Shown piece after piece: positions 8,897-18,544 of a DNA stretch of 64,000 bases. The number at the start of each line of letters is the position of its first letter. The first letter of the stretch is position 1. The stretch is from contig DAQX01000023.1 of assembly GCA_002503055.1 (NCBI GenBank), positions 15,297-79,296 on the forward strand, given 5' to 3'. A model generated the notes under the pieces. It saw nothing but the letters and a program-made list of their open reading frames with translations. It made no database searches and was not told the origin of the DNA. The position numbers were made by a program, and so were the translations under genes. This DNA is from Euryarchaeota archaeon UBA86 (GTDB taxonomy: Archaea > Thermoplasmatota > Poseidoniia > Poseidoniales > Thalassarchaeaceae).

Positions 8897-9208
8897 ATGA
8901 GAAATAAGAGAATGAACATGGCATACCGCCTACTGATGACTGTCTTCATGGTGACACTAGTCGCCAGTGTTGTTACAGCTCAGGAAGCGGCTGACAATGA
9001 ATATACCACCACTACCATGGCCAAGCTGGCTGCAGGAATTGCTCTAGCAGGTTGTGGAATTGGGACCGGACTAGCACAGAGCTCGATTGGCGCTGCAGCC
9101 GTCGGCATGATTGCTGAGGACGACTCCAAGTTCGGTACTGGTATTCTATTCACTGTTATCCCTGAGACCATTGTACTGTTCGGTTTCCTATCGATCTACC
9201 TGTTGTAG
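8897..9208 (+). CDS. atpK: A-type ATP synthase subunit K (proteolipid c), with an extra N-terminal hydrophobic segment
   Basis: 'GIGTGLAQSSIGAAAVGMIAEDDSKFGTGILFTVIPETIVLFGF' is a c-subunit hairpin with the carboxylate in the PET motif. A GGAGG Shine-Dalgarno sequence precedes ATG 8897. Confidence 0.9.
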   Translation: MRNKRMNMAYRLLMTVFMVTLVASVVTAQEAADNEYTTTTMAKLAAGIALAGCGIGTGLAQSSIGAAAVGMIAEDDSKFGTGILFTVIPETIVLFGFLSIYLL

Positions 9209-9241
9209 GTCGTTGGAGGAACACGCAGACAAGGAGGATGT

Positions 9242-9808
9242 ATGTCACTAGACAAGTTAGCAGGTGAAATCAAGGCGATGGCCGAGGCCGAGGCTAAGGC
9301 TGTCACAGATGAGGCAGCTGCCGAGGCTAAGAGAATCGCCGACGAGGCGAAAGACATGGTCTCCGAGTACCGCGAAGAGGCCATTGCTAACGCTACCAGA
9401 ACATGCGATCAGATTGCAGTCGAGAGTATCGCAGCCGCAAGGCAGCGAAACCAGAAGACACTGCTAGTCGCTCGCAGAGCCGAACTAGATGCCACTTGGG
9501 AAGAAGTACTGTCACGTGCATCTTCTGCAGGCATGAAGGGAAGGGAGAAAGTGCTCAAGTCTCTATTGGCACAGGCTTCAGAAGAGGCCTCTTCAGGTAT
9601 GATACTCAAACCGGTAAAGACTGACAGTGACTTCCTCTCCAAGAACTCTTCTGGGTTTGAGATTGGAGATGAGGTTGAGGGCCTAGGCGGATTCGTACTT
9701 GAGGACGCACAAGGCTCGGTGCTGATGGATTATCGATTCGAGGGCCGTCTAAGGGAATCTTGGGACGATAGACTCGGCGAAGTAAGTAGCATATTATTCG
9801 GAGAGTGA
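9242..9808 (+). CDS. atpE: A-type ATP synthase subunit E
   Basis: Ala/Glu-rich N-terminal helix 'KAMAEAEAKAVTDEAAAEAKRIADEAK' plus a globular C-terminal domain. Operon position fits, and AGGAGG precedes the ATG. Confidence 0.85.
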   Translation: MSLDKLAGEIKAMAEAEAKAVTDEAAAEAKRIADEAKDMVSEYREEAIANATRTCDQIAVESIAAARQRNQKTLLVARRAELDATWEEVLSRASSAGMKGREKVLKSLLAQASEEASSGMILKPVKTDSDFLSKNSSGFEIGDEVEGLGGFVLEDAQGSVLMDYRFEGRLRESWDDRLGEVSSILFGE

Positions 9809-10866
9809 ACAGGATGGCAATCGCAGCCGGGAGAAGTAACTGGGCCAATGCTGCAGCACGCAGTAAGGCCAGGAAGTCCAATTTGTTGGATGAGACCCGG
9901 CTGCGCCAACTCCTGAAGAGTGGCCCGGACACGATTGCCGCTAGTATTGGCGAGCTTGATTATCGCAAGGAGATGGATATCTATTCTGCAAGACTCAGTG
10001 GCGCTGACCTCGTAGAGGCGGCTTTGGCCCACAATCTTGAGAGAGAAGTTTCTGAAGTAATGAATTATTGCCAAGGTAGCCTCAGAAGTATAGTTGCGGT
10101 TTTCGCACTTCGTTTTTCTTACAGTAACGCTAAGGCAGTACTCCGTGCAGTGAATGGTGGAATCAGTGCAGATGACTTAGCAAATTCAGTTCTCCCTGAT
10201 GAGAATGATTTGAATATAGGATGGATCGAGATTGCCCGTCAAAGTGAGACACTCGAGGATGCCGCTGCTGCTATGCGCGGCACTCCTTGGGGCGCAGCAA
10301 TCCTAGGTATGGAAACCGACTCGCGCTTGCAGGAATATGAGGACAATCTCGACAGACACTACTACAAGGAAGCCATCAATGAACTGAAGGCCAGCGGCCT
10401 TGGTCACAGCCTTTTGCTAGGATATTTACGAAAGGAAATTGACCATCGCAATATAGTCAATCTTCTTCGCTCACTCAGACAGAATCTGCCTGTAGAGCAG
10501 AGAATGGATGCCATGCTCGATGGCGGCGGTGTTCTGAAGGGCGGTCTATTGAAATCAGCTGCCGAGGCAGATAGTCAGGACGCTCTAGTTGAGGTACTCC
10601 GACGCTCGAACATGGATACGGCAGATCTCGAAGAGAAACTAGAGGAATCCAAGGAACACGGAGGATTTGACCCCGTTGTCACCCTTCTGGCCGACGAGAG
10701 ACGATCGAACATGAGGAGAATGAGTCACCTCAATCCACTTTCGGCTTTCCCAGTGATTTACTACATAGAAAGTAAAGTAATCGAAGTACAGAATCTACGC
10801 CTGCTGGTGCGCGGCAAGGCTGTAGGTCTACCAGAAGATGTAATTGAAGCGCACATGACATTCTGA
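9805..10866 (+). CDS. atpC: A-type ATP synthase subunit C
   Basis: 353 aa with N-terminus '...SNWANAAARSKARKSNLL' (family pattern nYay.naRvra). Operon position fits. The GTG at 9805 overlaps the atpE stop; ATG 9814 is an alternative start. Confidence 0.85.
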   Translation: MNRMAIAAGRSNWANAAARSKARKSNLLDETRLRQLLKSGPDTIAASIGELDYRKEMDIYSARLSGADLVEAALAHNLEREVSEVMNYCQGSLRSIVAVFALRFSYSNAKAVLRAVNGGISADDLANSVLPDENDLNIGWIEIARQSETLEDAAAAMRGTPWGAAILGMETDSRLQEYEDNLDRHYYKEAINELKASGLGHSLLLGYLRKEIDHRNIVNLLRSLRQNLPVEQRMDAMLDGGGVLKGGLLKSAAEADSQDALVEVLRRSNMDTADLEEKLEESKEHGGFDPVVTLLADERRSNMRRMSHLNPLSAFPVIYYIESKVIEVQNLRLLVRGKAVGLPEDVIEAHMTF

Positions 10867-10875
10867 GGTGAGAAG

Positions 10876-11175
10876 ATGGAGATAGTGATTGTAGGATCTC
10901 CCGAGTTCACACTTGGATTCCAATTAGCAGGCATTAATCGCCTGCATAACCCGAGTAATGATGAGGAGATGAGTGATACTCTTCGTAGACTACTCGATGA
11001 GAAAGAAGTCGGAATAATCGTTGCAGATTCGGCCGACCTGATGCGTATGCCGGACAAGTTGAGACAGCGAATGTCCGACAGCATAACGCCCACAGTTTTG
11101 GGCATTGGGACAGAGGAGGACAATACCCTCCGCGAGTCCATCAAGTCTGCTCTAGGAGTAGACCTTTGGAAGTAG
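10876..11175 (+). CDS. atpF: A-type ATP synthase subunit F
   Basis: 99 aa, 'MEIVIVGSPEFTLGFQLAGI'. Size and position fit. Confidence 0.85.
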   Translation: MEIVIVGSPEFTLGFQLAGINRLHNPSNDEEMSDTLRRLLDEKEVGIIVADSADLMRMPDKLRQRMSDSITPTVLGIGTEEDNTLRESIKSALGVDLWK

Positions 11176-11207
11176 ATTCCTCGAATACAGGATAAGGAAG
11201 TGAAAAA

Positions 11208-12950
11208 ATGAGTGAAGAAAGTGGATTGATTTACAGAATCTCAGGTCCGGTCGTAACGGCCGTCGGCATCTCGCCGAGAATGTACGAAGTGGTACGAGTT
11301 GGAGATGAGGGTCTGATGGGAGAAGTGATTGAATTGCACGGTGACCAGTCGGTCATTCAAGTGTATGAGGAGACCTCGGGCATCAAGCCAGGTGAGCCAG
11401 TAGTCAGAACAGGCCAAACCCTGTCTGTCAAGTTAGGCCCTGGATTGCTGACTCAGATTTATGACGGGATTCAGCGCCCTCTAGAGTCACTAGAGGAGAC
11501 CATGGGCGTGTTCATCACGCGCGGTGTCGATGCTGATGGACTTGATCTTACTAAGAAGTGGGAGTTCAATGCTACAGCCTCGGCTGGCGACGAAGTCTCA
11601 GGTGGATCAGTTATCGGATTCGTCCAAGAGACCGAGACCGTCGAACACAAAATCATGATTCCTCCCGGGCATAGCGGCAAGATTGCCAGCATCGAGTCCG
11701 GTGAGTTTGACATCACGACCTCAGTGTGTACTCTCGAAGATGGTACTGAGATCGCGATGATGCAAGAGTGGCCGGTCAGAACTCCGCGTCCATTCAAGCA
11801 GAAGAACGCTCCAGATGTACCTCTAATTACCGGCCAGAGGATTCTCGACTTCCTGTTTCCACTAGCCAAGGGAGGTACAGCTGGTATCCCCGGTCCCTTC
11901 GGAGCCGGAAAGACAGTTACTCAGCAGCAACTTGCCAGATGGTCAGACGCTCAGATTGTGGTTTACATTGGATGTGGTGAGCGCGGTAATGAGATGACCG
12001 AGGTTCTGACTGAGTTCCCTCATCTTACCGACCCTAATACAGGAAAACCTCTGATGAACAGAACTACGATGATTGCAAACACATCAAACATGCCGGTCGC
12101 AGCCCGCGAAGCATCTGTGTACACTGGAATCACCATCGCTGAGTACTTCAGAGACATGGGATACGATGTGGCACTGATGGCAGACTCAACAAGCCGATGG
12201 GCCGAGGCCATGCGTGAAATTTCATCGCGTCTAGAAGAAATGCCTGGTGAGGAAGGATATCCAGCTTACCTATCGAGCAGACTAGCCGAGTTCTATGAGC
12301 GCGCAGGCCGTGTTCAGACTCTGGGCGGAGATGACGGCTCTGTTTCCGTTATCGGCGCTGTATCGCCTCCAGGAGGGGACATCTCAGAGCCGGTCAGCCA
12401 AGGTACACTCAGAATCGTCAAGGTGTTCTGGGGTCTCGATGCAGGGCTAGCAAGACAGAGACACTTCCCTGCAATTAACTGGCTGAGTTCGTACAGTCTG
12501 TATCCTCAGGCCCTAGACCAGTGGTACAGAGACAATATCGCGAGTGACTTCCCTGAGGTTCGAACCAAGATTAGCAGTCTACTACAAGTCGAGGCCGAAC
12601 TACAGGAAATTGTGCAACTGGTTGGATCGGACGCACTACCTATGGATCAGCAGCTGACCCTTGAAGTCGCTAGAATGATTCGTGAATTCTTCCTCCAGCA
12701 GAATGCATTCCACGATGTCGACACATTCAGTCAACTTGGACTACAATACGAGATGGCAAAAGCCATCCTAGCGTTCCAAGAAGAATCCGAGAAGGCAATG
12801 GCCGGGGGAGCCGGCCTTGAGGATGTAGTCAATGTGCCCGCTCGAACCGACCTGATGAGGGGCAGGTTCGAAGAGGGATACGCAGAACGCATCGGAGAAT
12901 TGCTTGGAGAGATGTCTAAGCAGATTGCCGAAACTATGGAGGACAACTAA
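11208..12950 (+). CDS. atpA: A-type ATP synthase catalytic subunit A
   Basis: Walker A 'GPFGAGKTV', '[18 protein letters not shown]' and '[10 protein letters not shown]'. Length is 580 aa, with no intein. Confidence 0.98.
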   Translation: MSEESGLIYRISGPVVTAVGISPRMYEVVRVGDEGLMGEVIELHGDQSVIQVYEETSGIKPGEPVVRTGQTLSVKLGPGLLTQIYDGIQRPLESLEETMGVFITRGVDADGLDLTKKWEFNATASAGDEVSGGSVIGFVQETETVEHKIMIPPGHSGKIASIESGEFDITTSVCTLEDGTEIAMMQEWPVRTPRPFKQKNAPDVPLITGQRILDFLFPLAKGGTAGIPGPFGAGKTVTQQQLARWSDAQIVVYIGCGERGNEMTEVLTEFPHLTDPNTGKPLMNRTTMIANTSNMPVAAREASVYTGITIAEYFRDMGYDVALMADSTSRWAEAMREISSRLEEMPGEEGYPAYLSSRLAEFYERAGRVQTLGGDDGSVSVIGAVSPPGGDISEPVSQGTLRIVKVFWGLDAGLARQRHFPAINWLSSYSLYPQALDQWYRDNIASDFPEVRTKISSLLQVEAELQEIVQLVGSDALPMDQQLTLEVARMIREFFLQQNAFHDVDTFSQLGLQYEMAKAILAFQEESEKAMAGGAGLEDVVNVPARTDLMRGRFEEGYAERIGELLGEMSKQIAETMEDN

Positions 12951-12963
12951 GGGGGTGCCATGA

Positions 12964-14349
12964 ATGAGTGGAAAGGAATACAGAACAATTACTGATGTCA
13001 AGGGACCATTGGTCTTCCTTGAAAAAACAGAGCCAGTAGCCTACAACGAGATCGTTCAACTACGACTCTCTGATGGAACAATGAAGAATGGACAGGTGCT
13101 AGATACCAGCGATGATAAGGTCATTGTGCAGGTATTCGAGGGAACTGAATCGGTCGATAGACAGACTGGAGTAAAGTTCCTCGGGGATGTGTTCAGACTA
13201 CCGGTCAGCAAGGGGCTAATCGGACGTATCCTGGACGGTGCAGGTAAGCCAAGAGATGGTGGACCTGAGATTGTAGCAGAGGACATGGCCGACATCATTG
13301 GTGCGGCCATTAACCCATACAGTCGTGAGAGCCCAGAACAGTTCATCCAGACTGGAATTTCGGCTATCGATGCTTGTACCAGCCTAGTTCGCGGCCAGAA
13401 GCTGCCGATTTTCTCGGCATCCGGTCTACCACACAACGACATAGCTCTACAGATTGCTCGACAGGCAAGGCTTGTTGGCAGCGATGATGACTTCGTGGTG
13501 GTATTCTGTGCAATGGGTATCACTGCTGAAGAGTACAATTTCTTCGTGCAGGACCTAGAGAGGACCGGTGCCCTAGAGAATGCTGCACTTTTCGTCAATC
13601 TAGCAGACGACCCAGCTGTCGAGCGATTGATTACTCCTAGGCTGGCTCTAACTGCCGCGGAGTATCTCGCTTTCGAGCATGATTACCACGTACTGGTTAT
13701 CTACACTGATATGACAAACTACTGTGAGTCTCTACGTCAAATTGGTGCTGCTCGTGAGGAAGTTCCTGGAAGGCGTGGATACCCTGGTTACATGTACACT
13801 GATCTAGCTATGATGTACGAGAGGGCAGGCATGGTGAAGGGCAAGAAAGGAAGCATCACACAGTTCCCGATTCTAACAATGCCCGGAGACGATATCACAC
13901 ACCCCATTCCGGATCTTTCTGGATATATCACAGAGGGACAGATTGTGATTTCAAGAGAGTTGCACCAGAAAGGTATCTATCCTCCAATCAATGTTCTACC
14001 ATCTCTGTCGAGACTGATGAACGCTGGAATTGGTGAGGGCAAGACTCGCGAGGACCACAAGTCAGTCTCCGACCAACTCTATGCTGCTTATGCGGGAGGA
14101 AGGGAGTTGAGGGGTCTGGTAGCAATTGTCGGTGAGGACGCACTAAACGAGCGTGACCTTCAGTTGCTAAAATTCGCAGACATATTCGAGGACCAGTTCC
14201 TCAGACAGAGTCGCGACGAAGATCGCTCAATCGACGAAGGTACCCTAGACCTCGCTTGGAACTTGCTAACTAATATCGACACCAAGTATCTAGTTAGACT
14301 TGACCAGAAGTGGATCGATAAATACCATCCAACTGAGAAGAACTCGTGA
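12964..14349 (+). CDS. atpB: A-type ATP synthase subunit B
   Basis: '[16 protein letters not shown]', '[39 protein letters not shown]'. Confidence 0.98.
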   Translation: MSGKEYRTITDVKGPLVFLEKTEPVAYNEIVQLRLSDGTMKNGQVLDTSDDKVIVQVFEGTESVDRQTGVKFLGDVFRLPVSKGLIGRILDGAGKPRDGGPEIVAEDMADIIGAAINPYSRESPEQFIQTGISAIDACTSLVRGQKLPIFSASGLPHNDIALQIARQARLVGSDDDFVVVFCAMGITAEEYNFFVQDLERTGALENAALFVNLADDPAVERLITPRLALTAAEYLAFEHDYHVLVIYTDMTNYCESLRQIGAAREEVPGRRGYPGYMYTDLAMMYERAGMVKGKKGSITQFPILTMPGDDITHPIPDLSGYITEGQIVISRELHQKGIYPPINVLPSLSRLMNAGIGEGKTREDHKSVSDQLYAAYAGGRELRGLVAIVGEDALNERDLQLLKFADIFEDQFLRQSRDEDRSIDEGTLDLAWNLLTNIDTKYLVRLDQKWIDKYHPTEKNS

Positions 14350-14379
14350 ATTAGTCATTGAATTAGGAGGATATAGAAT

Positions 14380-14997
14380 ATGGCGCTCGATATCAAGCCA
14401 ACCAGGTCCGAACTGATCAACCTTAAGCGACGCATCAAGCAAACCCAGAATGGGTACAATCTACTGAAGATGAAGCGTGACGGCTTGTTCCATGAGTTCA
14501 GGACACTACTCTCTGAGATGATTGAGGCAAGAGAAGGCCTAGTGGCAACCTATCGTGAGGCAGTTCAATCAATCAGTCTCGCTAGCGCAATTGAGGGCGG
14601 CCTCGCTGTCAAGAGCGCCGCAATTGCAATCTCTAGACACCCAGAAGTTACCGTAAGTCGACGAAATATCATGGGAGTCGTGGTACCAAATGTGGAAGGC
14701 ACCAACCTGACTACTAGCATCGATGAGCGCGGAACCGGTTTGATTGGAGGGTCTGCTTACATTGACGAAGCATCTGACGCCTACTCTGTTCTAATCGAGA
14801 AGATTGTCAAGGCTGCTGAGATGGAAGGAACTCTCAAGCGATTACTCGTTGAAATCGAGGCTACCAAGCGAAGAGTCAATGCTCTAGAGTATGTTGTAAT
14901 ACCTCAGATGGAAGAGGCCCGGAACTTCATCCAACTAAGACTCGAAGAGATGGAGCGAGAGGAAACATTCCGTCTAAAACGCTTCAAGAACAAGTGA
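14380..14997 (+). CDS. atpD: A-type ATP synthase subunit D (central stalk)
   Basis: 'IKPTRSELINLKRRIKQTQNGYNLLKMKRD' with a C-terminal coiled coil. AGGAGG precedes the ATG. It is the last gene of the operon. Confidence 0.95.
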   Translation: MALDIKPTRSELINLKRRIKQTQNGYNLLKMKRDGLFHEFRTLLSEMIEAREGLVATYREAVQSISLASAIEGGLAVKSAAIAISRHPEVTVSRRNIMGVVVPNVEGTNLTTSIDERGTGLIGGSAYIDEASDAYSVLIEKIVKAAEMEGTLKRLLVEIEATKRRVNALEYVVIPQMEEARNFIQLRLEEMEREETFRLKRFKNK

Positions 14998-14999
14998 TT

Positions 15000-15018
15000 C
15001 GGCGAACTTCGTTCGCCG
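15000..15018 (+). terminator. GC-rich hairpin (8-bp stem CGGCGAAC/GTTCGCCG, TTC loop) 3 nt after the atpD stop
   Basis: Read directly from the sequence. There is no obvious oligo-T tract, so a terminator role is tentative. Confidence 0.3.
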
Positions 15019-15057
15019 TGCGCGCGTGCGAGGGGTCAAATCAGACCTACCCCGGCC

Positions 15058-17463
15058 ATGTATCTAGGTGGCACCATGTCAGAGACTACAGAGCACCATC
15101 TCGATACCGAGACTTGGGGTGATAGGGAACTTCTCGAAGTCATCTGCAGCAGATACTTTCTGCTTGGCGGACAAGGAGTTTCGGAGTTGTCTTGGGAGGT
15201 CAATGGAAGAGAAGGGAGAAATCCCAGCGAGTGCCTAATCGCACTAAACCGACATTTGAAACAACTGAGTATGATTGCAGTCCTAGATGAGGGGGACCCA
15301 CCGATTATGTCGGTCGGACCTTTACCATCACAAACAGTTGTCATGCCTTCTTGGCAACAGTCTTTGGTATGGCTTTTGGCCGCATCCTTCACGACCCTAT
15401 CTGGATCCCTATGGATCTCCTCGATGGAGCCGGGACAACAACCGTTCGTCTCTTCAATTCTAGAGACCGCAATCGTCTTCTTTACACTACCAGTGTTGGG
15501 TTCAGCTCTGCTGGCAAGTTATGCCAGGATTTTCGTCTCAAAGGCATTCGAGGTAGAAAATTCACATCTCATACCCTTGGCTTTCCCAGTTTTTTCTCCT
15601 GAGTGGCCGTTCAGTCTAGTCTCTACTATTGGACAAAATAGACCTGACCTGCACCCAATTCCCAATCGTAAAGCCCTCGGAATGATCGAGTTAGCCGCCC
15701 CAGTAGTGTTGTTCACATGCGGAACTGCTCTAACAATTATCGGTCTAGGTTTAACCTCTGTACAGCCGCCAGAATTCGAGTCTTCACCAGTTGGAGTTGA
15801 TTTGAATCTGATTTCAGAGGTACTCGCTTCGATTCTAGTCGAACCACACACTATGCTCAGACTACAATGGATTCATCCAACCGGATTGGCAGGAATCGCT
15901 CTTTCGATTGTAAGTTGGGCACTTCTTCTACCGGTCCCCGGATTCCCTGGAGACAGGATTCTACACTCTTTACTCGGTCCCGGAGACATGCAGGATGATC
16001 GAAATCAAACCTCAATATTCATCTCTACTCTGGGATTCGTGCTGATAATTTTCATCTCTACTGAATACTGGCCTTGGTTGCTAATTGCAGCCATCGCTGG
16101 GTGGCGTAGATTCAGTCCAGAACATATCCCCGAACCTTTTGTTGTCGATGAGTTCGCGGGCCTAGACGAAATCCCAATGCGCCAGATTGCCACCCTTACT
16201 ATTGCAATTCTGCTGCTAGGTTATCCCGGACTTGAGCCAAGCTCTCAGATAGATCATTGGGATGGAGGAATTTCTACTGAAGATTGGCCAACCTCGATGA
16301 CCTTCGAGGGAGATACCGTGCAGCTAGAATTACCTCTAGAGCCATCAGGATTAATGCCAGTATCTGGATGGCTACAGATGCGTGTAGAAGGTGACCCTGT
16401 CGGTGAATGGCAGATCAATTCCGAGTGCCTCGACGAGAGGGAAGTGTGCAGATTTGAGGAAATTACCCAAGCTTCTCCCGCAGGAATATCAGTCAACCTA
16501 TCCAGAGAAGTTGATTCTACCCCTCACCCATTCAGACTTGTCATCCTCATTGATGTGCATGGGCATGTGGATGAGCATTCAATCGTATTCCGGCCCTCCG
16601 ACGCGACAACATCGATAGATCCACTTTGGATTCTCGTGGAGGACACAGAAACTCCAAGGATTTGCGTCGAGATTATTGTAGTGGAAGGAGACTATATCAA
16701 TCTGACCAATGGTAATCAATTCTGGTATTTTGAGAACGAGACTTCCCTCGGCCCGGGAATCCACGACCTTTGCATGAGGGGTCACGAGGGGGCCCTTTTC
16801 TCGCAGGGATGGACTCCTGACCATTTCTTTGCTATGGGCCCTACAGTCACAATTTTGAGGAATAATCAGACTCCACAAAACCTGGTCATGCCAATCGATG
16901 ATTCCCAACCCAAATTTCAATTCTCCGATGGAGATTGGAGGTTGCCGTTGTTCGAGCCTGTTGCGGACGAATTCTCGATTACTCGCGGTGAATCAGAGTC
17001 AGCATTCTGCCCCTCTACTGATGTCATCGTAGAAGTAAATTCAACGGGCGACTGGGAGAGGGAACTATCAGATAGATCTTCGATATTGATCCCAGCAGGT
17101 CATTCTGGAAATGGGACCATCAGGATGAGTGGGCCCGGGTGGCTAGCAATTTGTTCAGACACAAACATGCTATCATGGTACTCAATGGTCGAGGGACCGG
17201 ATGTTTTTACTTACTCAGGGGAAGAACTCACTATTTACAACAGGGAGAACTACTCAATGCCAATTTCAATCGACTGGACGGGCGATGCAGATGAATTCGA
17301 TAAATGGGAGATTTCGGTACCATCGGGGATCGATGCAATGTCAAGCGTCTTTGTTAACATAACCAGTAATGATGACTCTCATGCGCCACTGGTATACTGG
17401 GTGAACACTGATGAAAATGGGATTAATCTCAATCTTGCTGCTCGTTCCAATTTAGGTGATTAG
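15058..17463 (+). CDS. M50/site-2-protease-like polytopic membrane protein lacking the HExxH motif, fused to a ~400 aa C-terminal domain of unknown function
   Basis: Blocks are collinear with archaeal M50 proteins: 'NSHLIPLAFP' (cf. aSLPyFIPfP), 'PNRKALGMIELAAPVV' (cf. RkALfdIGvAGPlaG) and 'HPTGLAGIALSIVSWALLLPVPGFPGDRILH' (cf. hPl..aGW.G..vT.lNLlPvGqLDGGHi). Where HELGH is expected, the sequence reads 'ASYAR' (15514-15528). Confidence 0.6.
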   Translation: MYLGGTMSETTEHHLDTETWGDRELLEVICSRYFLLGGQGVSELSWEVNGREGRNPSECLIALNRHLKQLSMIAVLDEGDPPIMSVGPLPSQTVVMPSWQQSLVWLLAASFTTLSGSLWISSMEPGQQPFVSSILETAIVFFTLPVLGSALLASYARIFVSKAFEVENSHLIPLAFPVFSPEWPFSLVSTIGQNRPDLHPIPNRKALGMIELAAPVVLFTCGTALTIIGLGLTSVQPPEFESSPVGVDLNLISEVLASILVEPHTMLRLQWIHPTGLAGIALSIVSWALLLPVPGFPGDRILHSLLGPGDMQDDRNQTSIFISTLGFVLIIFISTEYWPWLLIAAIAGWRRFSPEHIPEPFVVDEFAGLDEIPMRQIATLTIAILLLGYPGLEPSSQIDHWDGGISTEDWPTSMTFEGDTVQLELPLEPSGLMPVSGWLQMRVEGDPVGEWQINSECLDEREVCRFEEITQASPAGISVNLSREVDSTPHPFRLVILIDVHGHVDEHSIVFRPSDATTSIDPLWILVEDTETPRICVEIIVVEGDYINLTNGNQFWYFENETSLGPGIHDLCMRGHEGALFSQGWTPDHFFAMGPTVTILRNNQTPQNLVMPIDDSQPKFQFSDGDWRLPLFEPVADEFSITRGESESAFCPSTDVIVEVNSTGDWERELSDRSSILIPAGHSGNGTIRMSGPGWLAICSDTNMLSWYSMVEGPDVFTYSGEELTIYNRENYSMPISIDWTGDADEFDKWEISVPSGIDAMSSVFVNITSNDDSHAPLVYWVNTDENGINLNLAARSNLGD

Positions 17464-17464
17464 T

Positions 17465-18415
17465 ATGAGAATAGCGATCCTCGGAGTAGGCTCGATAGGC
17501 TCGGTTATTCTGGGGTGCTTGGCAGATACCGATGCTGAACTAATTGCGGTCTCTAGGGGAGAAATGTCCGATGAACTGTCAAATCAGGGATTGATAATCC
17601 ATTCTCCAGAGGGCGTAATAGAGGTCATTCCATCGGAGAGGTTCACTACTTTCGATAGCGAGTCGGGACCAGTCCCGGATTTTATCACAAACAGTTGTGA
17701 TGCAGCCTTCATATGCAGCAAGTCTGATTCGACGCCAGTACTCGCCCAGATAGCTGACGAGATACTTGTTCAGGATGGAATAGCAATCAGCCTACAAAAT
17801 GGAATGGGACACGCTCAAACCCTTGCCCATCGCCTAGGTAGAGAAAGAACGCTAGGCGGGATAACTACTCACGGCGCATGGAGAAATGAAACAGGCACTC
17901 ACTGGGTAGGCCGCGGAAATATCACCTTAGGTTCTCTTGACTCTACTAAACCATCAGGCAATGCCGAGAGATTAATTCGAACTCTGAATCAAGCAGGTTT
18001 GTCTCCAGACTGGTCTGATGACATCAATAGATCAATTTGGATAAAGCTACTAGTCAATGTAGCAATTAATCCAGTTTGCTCGATAGCAGGAGTTCGCAAC
18101 GGCGCGCTTCTTGAGGTGCCTGAACTTTGGTCCCAAGCAATATCTGCAATGTCCGAGGCAGCTACAGTTGCAACAGCTAGCGGAGTCGATCTCTCTGGGG
18201 TAGATATTGAGTCATTACTCAGAGAGGTCGCTACAAACACATCTGAGAACAGATGCTCGATGCTGCAGGATATCATGGCAGGCAGGAAGACCGAAGTTAA
18301 CCACCTATGCGGAGCCATTGTCGAGGCAGGAGAATCAGTAGGAGTCCCAACTCCAAGGAATGAGATGCTCCACGCGCTGATATGTGGTATCGAAATCTCA
18401 TCTGAATTCGACTGA
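17465..18415 (+). CDS. panE: 2-dehydropantoate 2-reductase (ketopantoate reductase, PanE/ApbA family)
   Basis: 'MRIAILGVGSIGS' Rossmann start, 'WIKLLVNVAINPVCSIAGVRNGALL', 'SMLQDIMAGRKTEVNHLCGAIV'. AGGTGA lies 6 nt upstream of ATG 17465. Confidence 0.8.
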   Translation: MRIAILGVGSIGSVILGCLADTDAELIAVSRGEMSDELSNQGLIIHSPEGVIEVIPSERFTTFDSESGPVPDFITNSCDAAFICSKSDSTPVLAQIADEILVQDGIAISLQNGMGHAQTLAHRLGRERTLGGITTHGAWRNETGTHWVGRGNITLGSLDSTKPSGNAERLIRTLNQAGLSPDWSDDINRSIWIKLLVNVAINPVCSIAGVRNGALLEVPELWSQAISAMSEAATVATASGVDLSGVDIESLLREVATNTSENRCSMLQDIMAGRKTEVNHLCGAIVEAGESVGVPTPRNEMLHALICGIEISSEFD

Positions 18416-18544
18416 TTGTGGCGATTTTTCTCTCCCTTCGTAATCGCTGTGCTGCGCCTATGGTAGCCTCAACATTCATAGGCAAACAGATTGGGAGGGA
18501 ACGAATGTCGTCGGCGATAATTCGTACGGCGAAAGGGTGAGGGG

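Noticed and set aside
8897-9208. Calling the A-ATPase Na+-coupled from the c-subunit (Gln in 'LAQSS' plus 'PET' in helix 2)
   Set aside because: The PET carboxylate motif also occurs in proton-coupled archaeal c-subunits. I cannot place the helix-1 Gln at the ion-ligand position without an alignment or structure, so ion specificity is left open.
11208-12950. Checked atpA, atpB, gyrA, gyrB, cdc6 and smc for inteins or frameshifts
   Set aside because: Lengths and motif order are normal and continuous. There are no Cys/Ser...HN intein boundaries and no interrupted frames.
13056-13598. 180 aa minus-strand ORF inside atpB
   Set aside because: atpB is unambiguous on the plus strand. The antisense frame is low-complexity and has no start context.
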